NCBI GenBank assembly: GCA_046483305.1
Contig: JAWODM010000021.1
Location: forward strand, 15,503 to 79,502
Reading direction: 5' to 3'
DNA: 64,000 bases
Origin: Candidatus Krumholzibacteriales bacterium
GTDB taxonomy: Bacteria; Krumholzibacteriota; Krumholzibacteriia; Krumholzibacteriales; WJIX01
Part shown: piece by piece, positions 1 to 9,240 of the stretch
How the letters are laid out: each line of letters opens with the position of its first letter
How positions within the stretch are numbered: position 1 is the stretch's first letter
Position numbers and translations under genes: made by a program
The notes under the pieces: model-generated
Database searches by the model: none
What the model was told of the DNA's origin: nothing
What the model saw: the letters and a program-made list of their open reading frames with translations, nothing else

Positions 1-57
1 TCCCATACCTGATCTATCACATGCTGGCATATTCAGAGCAGAATAAATCCCGGAGAA

Positions 58-2406
58 CTATCTCAGCAGCACGATTCTCCTGGTTCTGCTGAAATCGCCG
101 GTTTCCATTCGAATGAAGTATACTCCCGAGACTACCTTCTCGCCCTCACCGCTATTCCCATTCCAGATCACCCGGTTGTTTCCCCCATTGAATACCCGGT
201 CTGCAAGTACCACAACCCGGGCTCCCCGCACATCGTATATGGAAAGCTTAACCGGCCTGCTCCTATCCAGGGTGAATTCTATCTCTGTTCTCGGATTGAA
301 CGGATTGGGATGAGGCGGATGCATCCGGACCGGAAGTAATGCCTGATCCTCCGCTGAGGTAATCCCCTGCTGATATGTCATTGAAACTTCTGTTAAAGTG
401 GGTGAATTCCCGCTCGAACCAAGAGCAAAATTAACTCTGTACTGGAAGTATCTATCCGGAGCCGACTGAACCGGCCCGCCGTTTTCAGCGCTTTTCCACA
501 CCTCCCAGCTTATACCATCCGGGCTGACTCTGGTCTCTACAACCAGCGAATCATCCCTGGATGCCGGATCGGAGACAGCCATCCCTCCCTGGTAATTCAA
601 CCAGTCACCGCTGCCGCTGCTACCGGTATAGGGGCTGTACCATTTTTCATTGTGGTAATGTATTGCGCCCCTGACCAGTTTATCGTCGTCCCAGGAGCCG
701 GAAGGCCCCCGTTCGATTTCAGGCCGGTCGGGACGGTGCCAGGGACCGTAGGGATCGGTAGCCCAGGCACACCCCAGCTCCCAGTGTTCGTTTGCGTAGC
801 TTCCGGTATATCGCATATAGTAAATATCATCCACCTTGATAATACTCGGATCCGCTGTGAGCCCGCTGTCCCATCCTTCGGGGTCGGGGTCATGCGGGAG
901 TACCAGCCCGTGCTTGGTCCACAGACCGCCGGCTTCGGGGCCCAGCGGAAAAAGCTCACCGGTGGTGGTAGCCAGTCCGATCTGCTCCGCGCATCCGAGA
1001 CAGCCGTGATCCCCCATATAGTACATGAAGTAGGTATCGCCTTCCCTGAAAACGAAAGGCTCGGTTACTCTGAGGTCATCCCACTGCCCGGATGAACCCA
1101 GTTCCAGTATGATCGATCCCCTGGTCCATGGCCCGGTAGGGGCGGGAGCGGTCGCATAGGCAACCCGCTGTTTGTGATCGCTGGACAGCCTGACGTCATA
1201 CACCATGTAATAGGTGCCATCATCAAGAAATAGATTCGGCGAAAAGACGTAATCCTCACCGGCAATGGGAGAGATCACCGGATTCGATTCATAGTCGTTC
1301 CAGATCAGAAGCTCAGGATCGGTTGAATAAGCCAGCCGGATTGTCTGAATCGAACCGCTGGAGTAGCATAACCAGTATTTACCATCGTACTGTATCGGCT
1401 GCTGAAGGGGATCATCAATATTAACCAGTATATTTTCGGGTAATGACCCTGGGCCCGTAATCGGGTTCCCCTCATATTTTACCCAGCCCTGCCAGGGATA
1501 AGGGGTCGGTGGAACTTCCGTCCATCTGATGGTATCAAGCTCTACGGCCTGAAGATCGATTACTTCAGAGGTATAGGTGCCGGTACTGTAACTGGCGCTG
1601 TCAAGAGAAGCAAGCCGAATATGGTCAACGTGAAACTCTGCCAGCCCGCTCTCGCTTACCCGCGAGAATGCCAGGGGCCTGATCTTCCTTTCCGATACAG
1701 CATTCCTTATATCACCATTGAGTTCACCGATCCATACATCGTCACGGTAGATCTGGACAGGCAGGCTCGAATCCGTAAAATCACATTCCAGGCGAATGGT
1801 ATACCACTGGCCTGTTTCAGTCGATATATCGAAGTAATTGATGATCGGATAGTTATTGCCAGTGGTCCCTTCACGGTAAAAGGAGACCATTCTGTCTCTG
1901 AATATGTCCATTCTGAAACCCAGATCTGTTCTAAGTATATCCAGCCTGCAGGAAGCCCCGGTGGGCTGTTCCACCATGGGATCAGCCACTCCACTCGAAT
2001 CTATGGCATCGAAGTAAATCATAAATTCGATACTGCAACTGTCAGGGATGGCTATATCTGATCTTGCCGCATAGGACCAGGAGCCGCTCTCGGAACCCAC
2101 GAACTGGGCTGCCAGATGAATCTGTCCATCGGGGTCTTCTTCCGCGATATTTCCTGCTTCATTTGTATCGTATGTCCACCCGGAGATATTATAATCTTCG
2201 AATGTCCAATTGAGGAAGTGGTAGGTCCCGATACTGATTTCGGGGTTATCCTCGGTTCCCTGAAGAACCGTATTGAAAAAACTGCCCGTTTCGAAATCGG
2301 TACGGGTGGTATGGGTCAGGGTGTCCGAAAGGACAGGGTTAAAAGAGATAATTGTAAGGATTACGAAAAGAAAGAGCCGTTTGCTAAAGCAGTACCTGGT
2401 GCTCAT
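58..2406 (-). CDS. Secreted multidomain protein: five-bladed beta-propeller glycoside hydrolase-like domain (GH43/GH32/GH130-like) with C-terminal FlgD Ig-like domain
   Basis: N-terminal signal peptide; propeller-blade repeats (WVKYEGNP, WDDLRVTEPFV, WDSGLTADPSI, YYMRYTG); C-terminal PNPFNPRTEIEF..LSIYDVRG..VIWNG..SGVYFIRM. Confidence 0.7.
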   Translation of the reverse strand: MSTRYCFSKRLFLFVILTIISFNPVLSDTLTHTTRTDFETGSFFNTVLQGTEDNPEISIGTYHFLNWTFEDYNISGWTYDTNEAGNIAEEDPDGQIHLAAQFVGSESGSWSYAARSDIAIPDSCSIEFMIYFDAIDSSGVADPMVEQPTGASCRLDILRTDLGFRMDIFRDRMVSFYREGTTGNNYPIINYFDISTETGQWYTIRLECDFTDSSLPVQIYRDDVWIGELNGDIRNAVSERKIRPLAFSRVSESGLAEFHVDHIRLASLDSASYSTGTYTSEVIDLQAVELDTIRWTEVPPTPYPWQGWVKYEGNPITGPGSLPENILVNIDDPLQQPIQYDGKYWLCYSSGSIQTIRLAYSTDPELLIWNDYESNPVISPIAGEDYVFSPNLFLDDGTYYMVYDVRLSSDHKQRVAYATAPAPTGPWTRGSIILELGSSGQWDDLRVTEPFVFREGDTYFMYYMGDHGCLGCAEQIGLATTTGELFPLGPEAGGLWTKHGLVLPHDPDPEGWDSGLTADPSIIKVDDIYYMRYTGSYANEHWELGCAWATDPYGPWHRPDRPEIERGPSGSWDDDKLVRGAIHYHNEKWYSPYTGSSGSGDWLNYQGGMAVSDPASRDDSLVVETRVSPDGISWEVWKSAENGGPVQSAPDRYFQYRVNFALGSSGNSPTLTEVSMTYQQGITSAEDQALLPVRMHPPHPNPFNPRTEIEFTLDRSRPVKLSIYDVRGARVVVLADRVFNGGNNRVIWNGNSGEGEKVVSGVYFIRMETGDFSRTRRIVLLR

Positions 2407-2668
2407 CCAAATTCCCCTCTGTTAAGTGCTGCAAATAAAACTTCAACAATATTTTATAATTACATAAATTACCTAAAGTAAATTGTAACATAAATCAGGA
2501 ATAATTTCTACTATAGCTTTTAATTTCCCGGGAACCGGCTGGCTGGACCATCACTCGGCTATTCAATGATCTGACACACTGAATCAGTCAATTTTTAATG
2601 AACACTGCTTTTTTTTAGATTAAAGACCGGGTAACGGCTGAATGTATCAGATCAGTCAGGCACCTGTA

Positions 2669-3526
2669 CTAATCATTACGAAACCTCATCAGATCAGTTC
2701 TTTTGAAGTCCCACTCAGGAGTTTTGAGAACCTCTCCGAAATCTACACTGTACCAGGGGCTGAGCTCCAGGTTTTCAATATTCCGAAGTATATGGATATC
2801 CTGCGCCGGCATATAGCTCTGGGCCAGAAGAAATATCTTCTCCCCGGTTGCTCTGTTCCAGGCCATATCAACCACAATAACCGCATGGCCGGGAAACCCT
2901 CCCTGAATGAAGACATCCCCGATCTTCATATCAGAAGGATGGTCCACCGGGACCAGCTCCCGGTGCAGAGAGTAGCTACCCGCATAATTAAATACCGCCT
3001 CAAGATACTCTCTGAACCCCGCATAGGAAGAATCCGGCCCTGCTGATTTACGCCAGCTTACCCTGCCTCCGCTGACTTCAGGCCGTAAACCATCTCTCCA
3101 GTCTGTATAGAAGGCCGTGTCGCCGCTAGTGAAGTTAAAATGGATATCGTCAAATCTTTCCCGGGAGAAAAGATATTCGGCCCTCAGCCGGATAACCGCG
3201 TCTGCGCACTGCTGAAGGTCCCTGCTTCCGGCATCTATATCCAGTACCGCGGCATGAAGATTTTGCCTTTCCCTGGGCCGGCCGTTATATAAATAAACCC
3301 GGGGCCTTCCCGGCTTAACCGGCAGGCGCCTGAGCCAGGATGCGAATGAATTTGAATTGGCAGGTTCTCGGAGGTAATCCTCAGGTACGGCGAACCTCTT
3401 CATAATTGACCCTGCCGGGTCATAATCATCCAGCCAGGAGTATAGATTTTCTGCTATTGGGGCTGAATAAGCTGATGGGATAATTATAGCCATCAGGATT
3501 AAGACAATTTTTGAATATGCAATCAA
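2669..3526 (-). CDS. DUF4846 domain-containing exported protein
   Basis: Motifs RDLQQCADAVIRLRAEYL, GDVFIQGGFPGHAVIVVD, LLAQSYMPAQDIHIL; signal peptide; TTG start. Confidence 0.8.
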   Translation of the reverse strand: MIAYSKIVLILMAIIIPSAYSAPIAENLYSWLDDYDPAGSIMKRFAVPEDYLREPANSNSFASWLRRLPVKPGRPRVYLYNGRPRERQNLHAAVLDIDAGSRDLQQCADAVIRLRAEYLFSRERFDDIHFNFTSGDTAFYTDWRDGLRPEVSGGRVSWRKSAGPDSSYAGFREYLEAVFNYAGSYSLHRELVPVDHPSDMKIGDVFIQGGFPGHAVIVVDMAWNRATGEKIFLLAQSYMPAQDIHILRNIENLELSPWYSVDFGEVLKTPEWDFKRTDLMRFRND

Positions 3527-3576
3527 TATTCACCCATGTATTTTATAAGTTTTTTAAATAGAGCAATCCAAACAGC

Positions 3577-4470
3577 TTATTCATCCCCTGCTATCTGCTT
3601 CGCATTCAGATTCTGATCTATTCGTTCTACAAATTCCTTTATATAAAACCAATTTCTATTGGGAGGATTTTCAGCTGAACTGGTCTCGTAGACCTGTTCT
3701 CTCCAAGTTCCGGAGGAAATATCTTCCGAAAGCAGGTTCCCATAAAAACCATAATTTCTTCCCATAACGATTTTATCAAGAGTTCCTCTCTTGTAATTCT
3801 GGTAGATATACTCACCTTTCAATTGCTCCTCACAGTTCATTCCGTATTGAGCACTCCTGGAGACAAGTTCTTCATAAGAGCTTATAGCTATACGCAGGAT
3901 TTCGAGAAAGTAATCATCACCGAATAGTTTTCTGTATATGTCATAGATATCCTCCCAAAGTATAACAGGATAATTGAATCCGGCTTCTCTTATTTTATCA
4001 AATAGAGCCCCGGGCAAGAGAGCGTAATGGTGTATCTCTGAAATTTCCAGGTTTTCCCTCAAATACTCCAATATATTATCCCTCTGGTTATCCATCTGTG
4101 TTTTAAGTTTATGGACTGTCGGGTTGTTATACATCTTGGCTTCGATCGCAATCAAGACTCTACCCCTATCTGAAGTTTTTATTAAAGTAATAATGTCTGG
4201 AGTATCCTTGGTTACCGGAGGATCTGGAAACCTCAATTCGGATTCTCCAATTATCGATTCCACCAGACTGTATTCGGTGAAGAACTGAATATTGGAATTT
4301 TCAGGGGCTGCGTTTATCTCAACATTCGATAGATCATCAAGTAGGCTTATAAAGTGATTGAAGTACTTAAATTGTTCCCTGCAAACAATCATTGGGAAGA
4401 TTGTTCCTGTGAAGAACCTCTCCTTCCTGTTCATAGGAAGTTCGTTCTCCATAAGTCCTTCCAAAGACAT
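3577..4470 (-). CDS. Hypothetical protein, PD-(D/E)XK nuclease-like
   Basis: 297-aa ORF with AGGAG RBS; TPDII...LIAIEAK fits the PD-(D/E)XK signature; visibly AT-richer than the flanks. Confidence 0.5.
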   Translation of the reverse strand: MSLEGLMENELPMNRKERFFTGTIFPMIVCREQFKYFNHFISLLDDLSNVEINAAPENSNIQFFTEYSLVESIIGESELRFPDPPVTKDTPDIITLIKTSDRGRVLIAIEAKMYNNPTVHKLKTQMDNQRDNILEYLRENLEISEIHHYALLPGALFDKIREAGFNYPVILWEDIYDIYRKLFGDDYFLEILRIAISSYEELVSRSAQYGMNCEEQLKGEYIYQNYKRGTLDKIVMGRNYGFYGNLLSEDISSGTWREQVYETSSAENPPNRNWFYIKEFVERIDQNLNAKQIAGDE

Positions 4471-4486
4471 ATAATGTCTCTCCTTT

Positions 4487-6070
4487 CTACCTCTCCACCG
4501 GAAATGTCATCCTGCCCTTCCACTGCAGGGCCGGCTGCTCCCTGTTGATATAATCAATAAGGTCCAGCGTAACCTCTACTGTCTGAATGGCGCTTTCCAG
4601 CTCCCACTCCGGATTAAATTCATCGTCGACGGTGTGGTAGTCTCCCAGGAAGAATTCACGGAGACGGTTAACCCCGCTGAGATAATCCTCTCCCGCGGAA
4701 AGCCACACCGCGGGTATACCCCTCCTCGCGAAGCTGAACTGGTCGCTCCTGTAAAAGAACCCCTGGTTGGACATCGAGAAATATGAATACTCCAGGCCCT
4801 TCTCTCTGACAATCTCTCTGATTATATCCTCCAGACTGGAATACTTCGCCCCCACCGCGATGAAGTCGCGGGCCCGCTCCCATACCGGAGTGGACTCGAA
4901 GTTAATGTTGGCCACTATCCCGGAAGGGTCAACACTCCCTGCGAAATAGCGCGACCCCAGAAGCCCCGCTTCTTCGGCGTTGCAGGCAAGGACTATAACG
5001 GAATAGTTTAGCTTTCCCTGCTGCTCCTTCAGCCTCTTGGCTGCCGCCATCATGGAGGCCACCGCCGACCCGTTATCTATTGCTCCGTTAAATATACTGT
5101 CCCCTGCCAGAGACCGGTCCATACCAAGATGGTCAATATGGGCGCTCAGGATAATGGACTTTTTGTTCAGCTCGCTGTCGCTGCCCTGTATATAACCCAC
5201 CACATTCCTGCTCAGGAACTCTCTGTGCCGGGAATCCCCTTCTATCCGGGCGGTAATCCCCAGGCTGACCGGCCGGAAATCCCTGCTCTCCGATTTACCG
5301 TAAAGCTTCCGTAGCGATATTCCTTTTTCCGCAAGGGCCTCTTCCAGCTTCTGTTCCCTTATCCAGCCCCTGAACATCAGATCGTTATCCAGCATGGAAG
5401 GCAGGTACAGCTCCTCTCCGCCCCAGGAGTTTCTAACCACCTGCCAGCCGTATCCTGCCGAATCAGTAGTATGAATAAGAAGTATCCCCCTGGCTCCCCG
5501 CCTGGCGGCCTCTTCGATCTTATAGGTCCATCTTCCGAAGTAGGTCAGGGCCGGGCCCTCGAACAGCTCCGGGTCATCCCTGCCCGGCTCGTTGACCCTC
5601 ACCAGCAGAATCTTGCCCTCCAGGTCTGACTCCCCGTAGTCATCCCAGGACCAGGGCTGTGAAATGATGCCGAAACCGGCGAAAACAAGCTCCCCTTCCA
5701 GAGAAAACACAGTGTCACTGCCCACATAGCTTCCCATGACATCCCTCTGATACAGGGCCTGCTCCCCTCCCAGCGAGATTGAAAGCCGGCTCAGGGTATG
5801 GCCGCTGAGTGTAAATTCCTGGAAGTAACTCCCGCCATGGGGAGCTATATCCAGAATCTCCAGAACGCCTCTGATATAGTTTTCGGCAAGCCGCCCGCCC
5901 CTGGTACCGGGGGCCCTGCCCTCCAGAAGGTCATCGCCCAGAAACCTGATGGTGCTTCTTATTTCCCTCCTGGAGATATCCGCGCTGGAGATCCCGGAAC
6001 TGTTATCGCAGGAGAAGAATAAAGATAGGGTCAGCGTTATGCAGACTGTTAATATCCTACTTGAATGCAA
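4487..6070 (-). CDS. M28 family metallopeptidase with PA domain (lipoprotein)
   Basis: LEGRAPGT, YFGRWTYKIEEAARRGA, SAHIDHLG, NGAIDNGS, AEEAGLLGS, RSDQFSF, YHTVDD; lipobox FFSC. Confidence 0.9.
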   Translation of the reverse strand: MHSSRILTVCITLTLSLFFSCDNSSGISSADISRREIRSTIRFLGDDLLEGRAPGTRGGRLAENYIRGVLEILDIAPHGGSYFQEFTLSGHTLSRLSISLGGEQALYQRDVMGSYVGSDTVFSLEGELVFAGFGIISQPWSWDDYGESDLEGKILLVRVNEPGRDDPELFEGPALTYFGRWTYKIEEAARRGARGILLIHTTDSAGYGWQVVRNSWGGEELYLPSMLDNDLMFRGWIREQKLEEALAEKGISLRKLYGKSESRDFRPVSLGITARIEGDSRHREFLSRNVVGYIQGSDSELNKKSIILSAHIDHLGMDRSLAGDSIFNGAIDNGSAVASMMAAAKRLKEQQGKLNYSVIVLACNAEEAGLLGSRYFAGSVDPSGIVANINFESTPVWERARDFIAVGAKYSSLEDIIREIVREKGLEYSYFSMSNQGFFYRSDQFSFARRGIPAVWLSAGEDYLSGVNRLREFFLGDYHTVDDEFNPEWELESAIQTVEVTLDLIDYINREQPALQWKGRMTFPVER

Positions 6071-6220
6071 TACTGCAACCTCCCGATTTTATTTAACTAA
6101 GGGGTTGTGTTATTTCGCTTCATTGGCATCAGATCCGGGCCGGCAATGCCCTTCATCCGGCATGCTTGACGAATTTTACTGCCCGTATTCGAATCCTTAA
6201 TCTAACAGCGCAGTCGCTGA

Positions 6221-6565
6221 TCAGTCACCCACAAAAACAGTCTTTTTGGAGGGCCGCGGCGCTTTGACCACCATGAACCTCAGTTTTTCACCGGTTTCAT
6301 TGTACCAGCAGTGAACAATATCCTTCGGGCTCTCGACCAGGGTTCCTTCTGAGACTTCTTTCTTCTCTTCACCTATCTCCACCACTCCGGTCCCTTCCAG
6401 AACGTAAAAAGCGACATCCACCGGGGTGATATGGCGCTTCAGAGACTGGCCCGGCTTCAGAGTGATAACCGTAATCATGGCGTCTTCGGTATTGTAAAGG
6501 TTTCTGGCGTCCACGTTATGGGCATTCTCCATAACAGACGCATCGGAGAGTTTTCTTGTGATCAC
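6221..6565 (-). CDS. Cupin domain protein
   Basis: HITPVDVAFYVLEGTG..IG and PKDIVHCWYN cupin motifs; start re-placed to GTG 6565 after AAAGGA. Confidence 0.85.
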   Translation of the reverse strand: MITRKLSDASVMENAHNVDARNLYNTEDAMITVITLKPGQSLKRHITPVDVAFYVLEGTGVVEIGEEKKEVSEGTLVESPKDIVHCWYNETGEKLRFMVVKAPRPSKKTVFVGD

Positions 6566-6678
6566 AGTGGAATTCCTTTCTTTGAAATACCTTAACAGCA
6601 CATCTCCATTATGAAACATTATTTCCCGGCCAATTTCAATGCCGATATCATGAAAAAACCTTATGATCAGTTATCGAA

Positions 6679-7188
6679 TCAATCAGAGAAATTATCATCC
6701 TCTTCTTCATAATCCTCAAGCAGCCGCAGAAACCGCTGCTGTCTGATCCACCGCACCGCCGCCATCCATCCGGCCGGCTGCCCGCTCTTCCACCATATTT
6801 TCCCGGGAATAATCATACCGGTCCAGGGGCCGTACTGATGCAGCTCTACCGCGGAACTTCTGAACGACCTGTCATACCAGGCATCGATGAGAGGGCCGAA
6901 CTCGTAATACTGAACATTTATATCCATTTCCAGTCTCTTCCGCAGCCACTCTCTGTCTTCATCGGTCGCTGATCCCCTGGCAGGGCATATGAACAGTTCA
7001 AAATAGCTCTCTCCCCAGAACACTCCCACCGGAGGCGCATCAAGAATTTTCTCGAAATCCTCCAGAAGCGAATCCTTGAACTTCCGGGATATCGATTCAT
7101 CGATCTCTTCGCGAAGATAGAGATACAGGTAGAATCCCATCTGCCTGAACTCACCCAGGTGCTTCTTCTTTCTCAGACGCCGCTTCAA
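6679..7188 (-). CDS. YggL (DUF469)-like 50S-ribosome-binding protein with C-terminal extension
   Basis: N-terminus RRLRKKKHLGEFRQMGF, GSATDEDREW and GPLIDAWY match the YggL pattern. Confidence 0.7.
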   Translation of the reverse strand: MKRRLRKKKHLGEFRQMGFYLYLYLREEIDESISRKFKDSLLEDFEKILDAPPVGVFWGESYFELFICPARGSATDEDREWLRKRLEMDINVQYYEFGPLIDAWYDRSFRSSAVELHQYGPWTGMIIPGKIWWKSGQPAGWMAAVRWIRQQRFLRLLEDYEEEDDNFSD

Positions 7189-7267
7189 GTTATGCCATCC
7201 ACTCCCGTCAGGCAGCTTATCAATTCTTACTGATTTATCCCGAAAACCGCATTAATATAATACTACT

Positions 7268-7708
7268 CTAAGCTCCTGAAAACTTAATCTTCAGATTTTC
7301 GAGTGATTTTTCGATGATACCGGCCCACTTCTTCTTCATGAACAGAGAATCCAGCACAGGACCCAGAAGCGGAACTGGGATTCGGTACTCCAGCGCATAG
7401 GTGAACCTGGTAGAATCTCCCTCCGTCTCGAACATCCATTCGGTCCGGTGGGGCATCCCTCCGGCAGCCACCCCCTTCCAGCCTGAATTCTTCACGTAGT
7501 CATGGATTTCAGTTTCGACTGTCACGGGGATCCCGAACAACCACACTCTGTATCTGTACCGGGCTCCATTGCCCCGCTCAATTTCCGAAGTAACCCTGAA
7601 ACCGGAGGTTCCCTCAAACCAGTCGGACCAGTACCGGTAATCGGACACATACGCAAAAAGATCCACGATATCAGCGTTAATCATGACAGACCGTTCTATT
7701 CTTGTCAT
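7268..7708 (-). CDS. SRPBCC (START/polyketide cyclase) family protein
   Basis: IERSVMINA..LFAYVSD..WSDWF, STRFTYALEYRIP..LG, C-terminal SLENLK helix; ATG 7708 after AGGAG. Confidence 0.8.
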   Translation of the reverse strand: MTRIERSVMINADIVDLFAYVSDYRYWSDWFEGTSGFRVTSEIERGNGARYRYRVWLFGIPVTVETEIHDYVKNSGWKGVAAGGMPHRTEWMFETEGDSTRFTYALEYRIPVPLLGPVLDSLFMKKKWAGIIEKSLENLKIKFSGA

Positions 7709-7838
7709 CCCCTGTCTCCTATTATGCGTATATATCAAGGGCTTCGTGAGTATAGCCCTCATATACTCATTTTGCACCCCTTGAGCCGATCTGTAAAGAA
7801 ATTTGTGATCAGCGGGGCGAATTCAAACGGAATAAATC

Positions 7839-7870
7839 AACGCCCCGCACCCTTTCAGGAGCGGGGCGTT
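7839..7870 (-). terminator. Intrinsic terminator downstream of the TPR gene
   Basis: AACGCCCCGC/GCGGGGCGTT 10-bp stem followed by GATTTATT on the minus strand. Confidence 0.6.
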
Positions 7871-7907
7871 TCCGGGGGCCGCCTTCCGGGGAAGTCAGCA
7901 ACGGATA

Positions 7908-9002
7908 CTACTTCGTTCCGGTCGTATCAGCACCGGCAACCTTGATAAAATCTTCCGCGGTACCGGCGATGCTGCTGTCCGCCTGAACCGGATCAGGCGC
8001 CTCGGAGAACTGCTCATCCTCTTCAGTCCGGCTGTTTATATCCTGTATGAAAGCTTCGGATATTTCAGAGAGGTCTATCTGCGTCACCCCCTCTTCCTGC
8101 TCCAGGAGCTCCACCCTGCAGAGGCTGTTGTAAGCCCGGTCGTAGCTCTTATCCAGGGTTACAGCCGCGGCATAAGCGTTCTCCGCATCACGGTAGCGCC
8201 CGGTATTCTCAAGAGCCATCCCCAGGTTGTTCTGAAAAACAGCTATATCATCTCTGAGAACGGCAGCGCGGGCAAGAGGGGCCAGCGCCTTCTCGAACTC
8301 CCCTTCCCTGATAAATATCAGGCCCAGATTGTTCATCGCCCATACATGGCCGTTATCGATCTGTATTGCCCGGCGGTAGTGCTCCACCGCTTTCTCTGTC
8401 TCGCCGAGCTGGCGGTAGCCCCTCCCGGCCAGGTGATAGGCGTCGGCGTATTCAGGTTCTTCTTCCAGAACCTTTTCCAGAAGGTCTATGGCCTCCCGGG
8501 CTCTTCCGGTATCGAGATAAACCCTGCACAGGTTGATGCGGCTCTTCAGGTGCCCCGGGTTCAGCTCAAGGGCTCTGGTGAAACTTTCCTCCGCCAGCTG
8601 GTAATCCTTCATCTTCCAGGCAGAAAGCGCCAGCATGTAATATCCCCACGGGTTGCCGCTCTTCTGTTCGGTGTAGGCGGTGAACAGCTTTACCGCCTCC
8701 CGGTAATCTCTCCCGAAGTATGCGTCCTCGGCCTCGCCGTAGGAGACCTCTCGTTCGATCTTTTCCTCAGCCGGTTCCGCTTCCGCAACCTCAGGGGTGG
8801 CGATTGAATCACTCCCAGGGCCAGTTGCCGTTCTGACCTCCTTTTGCTCTGTTCTGTTTTCCTTTAACTTCAGAGTGACATTATCCTCTGAAACCTCCTC
8901 CCTGTCACTCCCGCAACCCGTCCAGATTAATGTGAACGCCAGCGTCATGACGCAGGCGGCAACCAGATGTGACTTCCGCATGGATCTCTTCTTGATCAAC
9001 AT
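7908..9002 (-). CDS. Tetratricopeptide-repeat lipoprotein
   Basis: Lipobox WTGC; multiple TPRs (WGYYMLALSAW, AMNNLGLIFI, FQNNLGMALE); AAAAGGAGG RBS. Confidence 0.85.
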   Translation of the reverse strand: MLIKKRSMRKSHLVAACVMTLAFTLIWTGCGSDREEVSEDNVTLKLKENRTEQKEVRTATGPGSDSIATPEVAEAEPAEEKIEREVSYGEAEDAYFGRDYREAVKLFTAYTEQKSGNPWGYYMLALSAWKMKDYQLAEESFTRALELNPGHLKSRINLCRVYLDTGRAREAIDLLEKVLEEEPEYADAYHLAGRGYRQLGETEKAVEHYRRAIQIDNGHVWAMNNLGLIFIREGEFEKALAPLARAAVLRDDIAVFQNNLGMALENTGRYRDAENAYAAAVTLDKSYDRAYNSLCRVELLEQEEGVTQIDLSEISEAFIQDINSRTEEDEQFSEAPDPVQADSSIAGTAEDFIKVAGADTTGTK

Positions 9003-9074
9003 GGCGGACCTCCTTTTCTTACTGCGCCCTCCCGGGCTGTTCTCGAAACAAACGATTTACGCCCATATACAGGC

Positions 9075-9090
9075 GCAAGAGGAGGTCCAA
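9075..9090 (-). promoter_or_regulatory. Putative sigma-54 (-24/-12) promoter of the TPR gene
   Basis: Minus strand TTGGACCTCCTCTTGC = GG-N10-GC with TTGC; adjacent to a sigma-54 activator gene. Confidence 0.6.
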
Positions 9091-9116
9091 TCCCTGCCGC
9101 ATGAGGAAATAGCTTA

Positions 9117-9129
9117 TAACTCGCTGTTA
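9117..9129 (-). promoter_or_regulatory. Putative IHF-binding site
   Basis: TAACAGCGAGTTA matches WATCARNNNNTTR with one mismatch; in an AT-rich stretch between enhancers and sigma-54 promoter. Confidence 0.35.
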
Positions 9130-9183
9130 TATAGTCATATAGATATATACGGAAATTCCGCCTGATCAGATATATCTGGAAGT

Positions 9184-9235
9184 TGTGTCCATATGGACAC
9201 GAATCTGGGGAGGCTTTTGTGTACCACCTTACACA
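9184..9235. promoter_or_regulatory. Tandem palindromic upstream activator sequences
   Basis: TGTGTC-CATATG-GACACG (9184-9201) and TGTGTA-CCACCT-TACACA (9218-9235), same geometry, 34 bp apart. Confidence 0.6.
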
Positions 9236-9240
9236 CTGAA

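Noticed and set aside
2568..2655. Imperfect inverted repeat TGATCTGACACA/TGTATCAGATCA as a MITE or IS end
   Set aside because: Short, single occurrence, no target-site duplication or transposase
6629..6645. Sigma-54-like CGGCATTGAAATTGG upstream of the cupin gene
   Set aside because: Has GG rather than GC at -12 and no supporting enhancer seen
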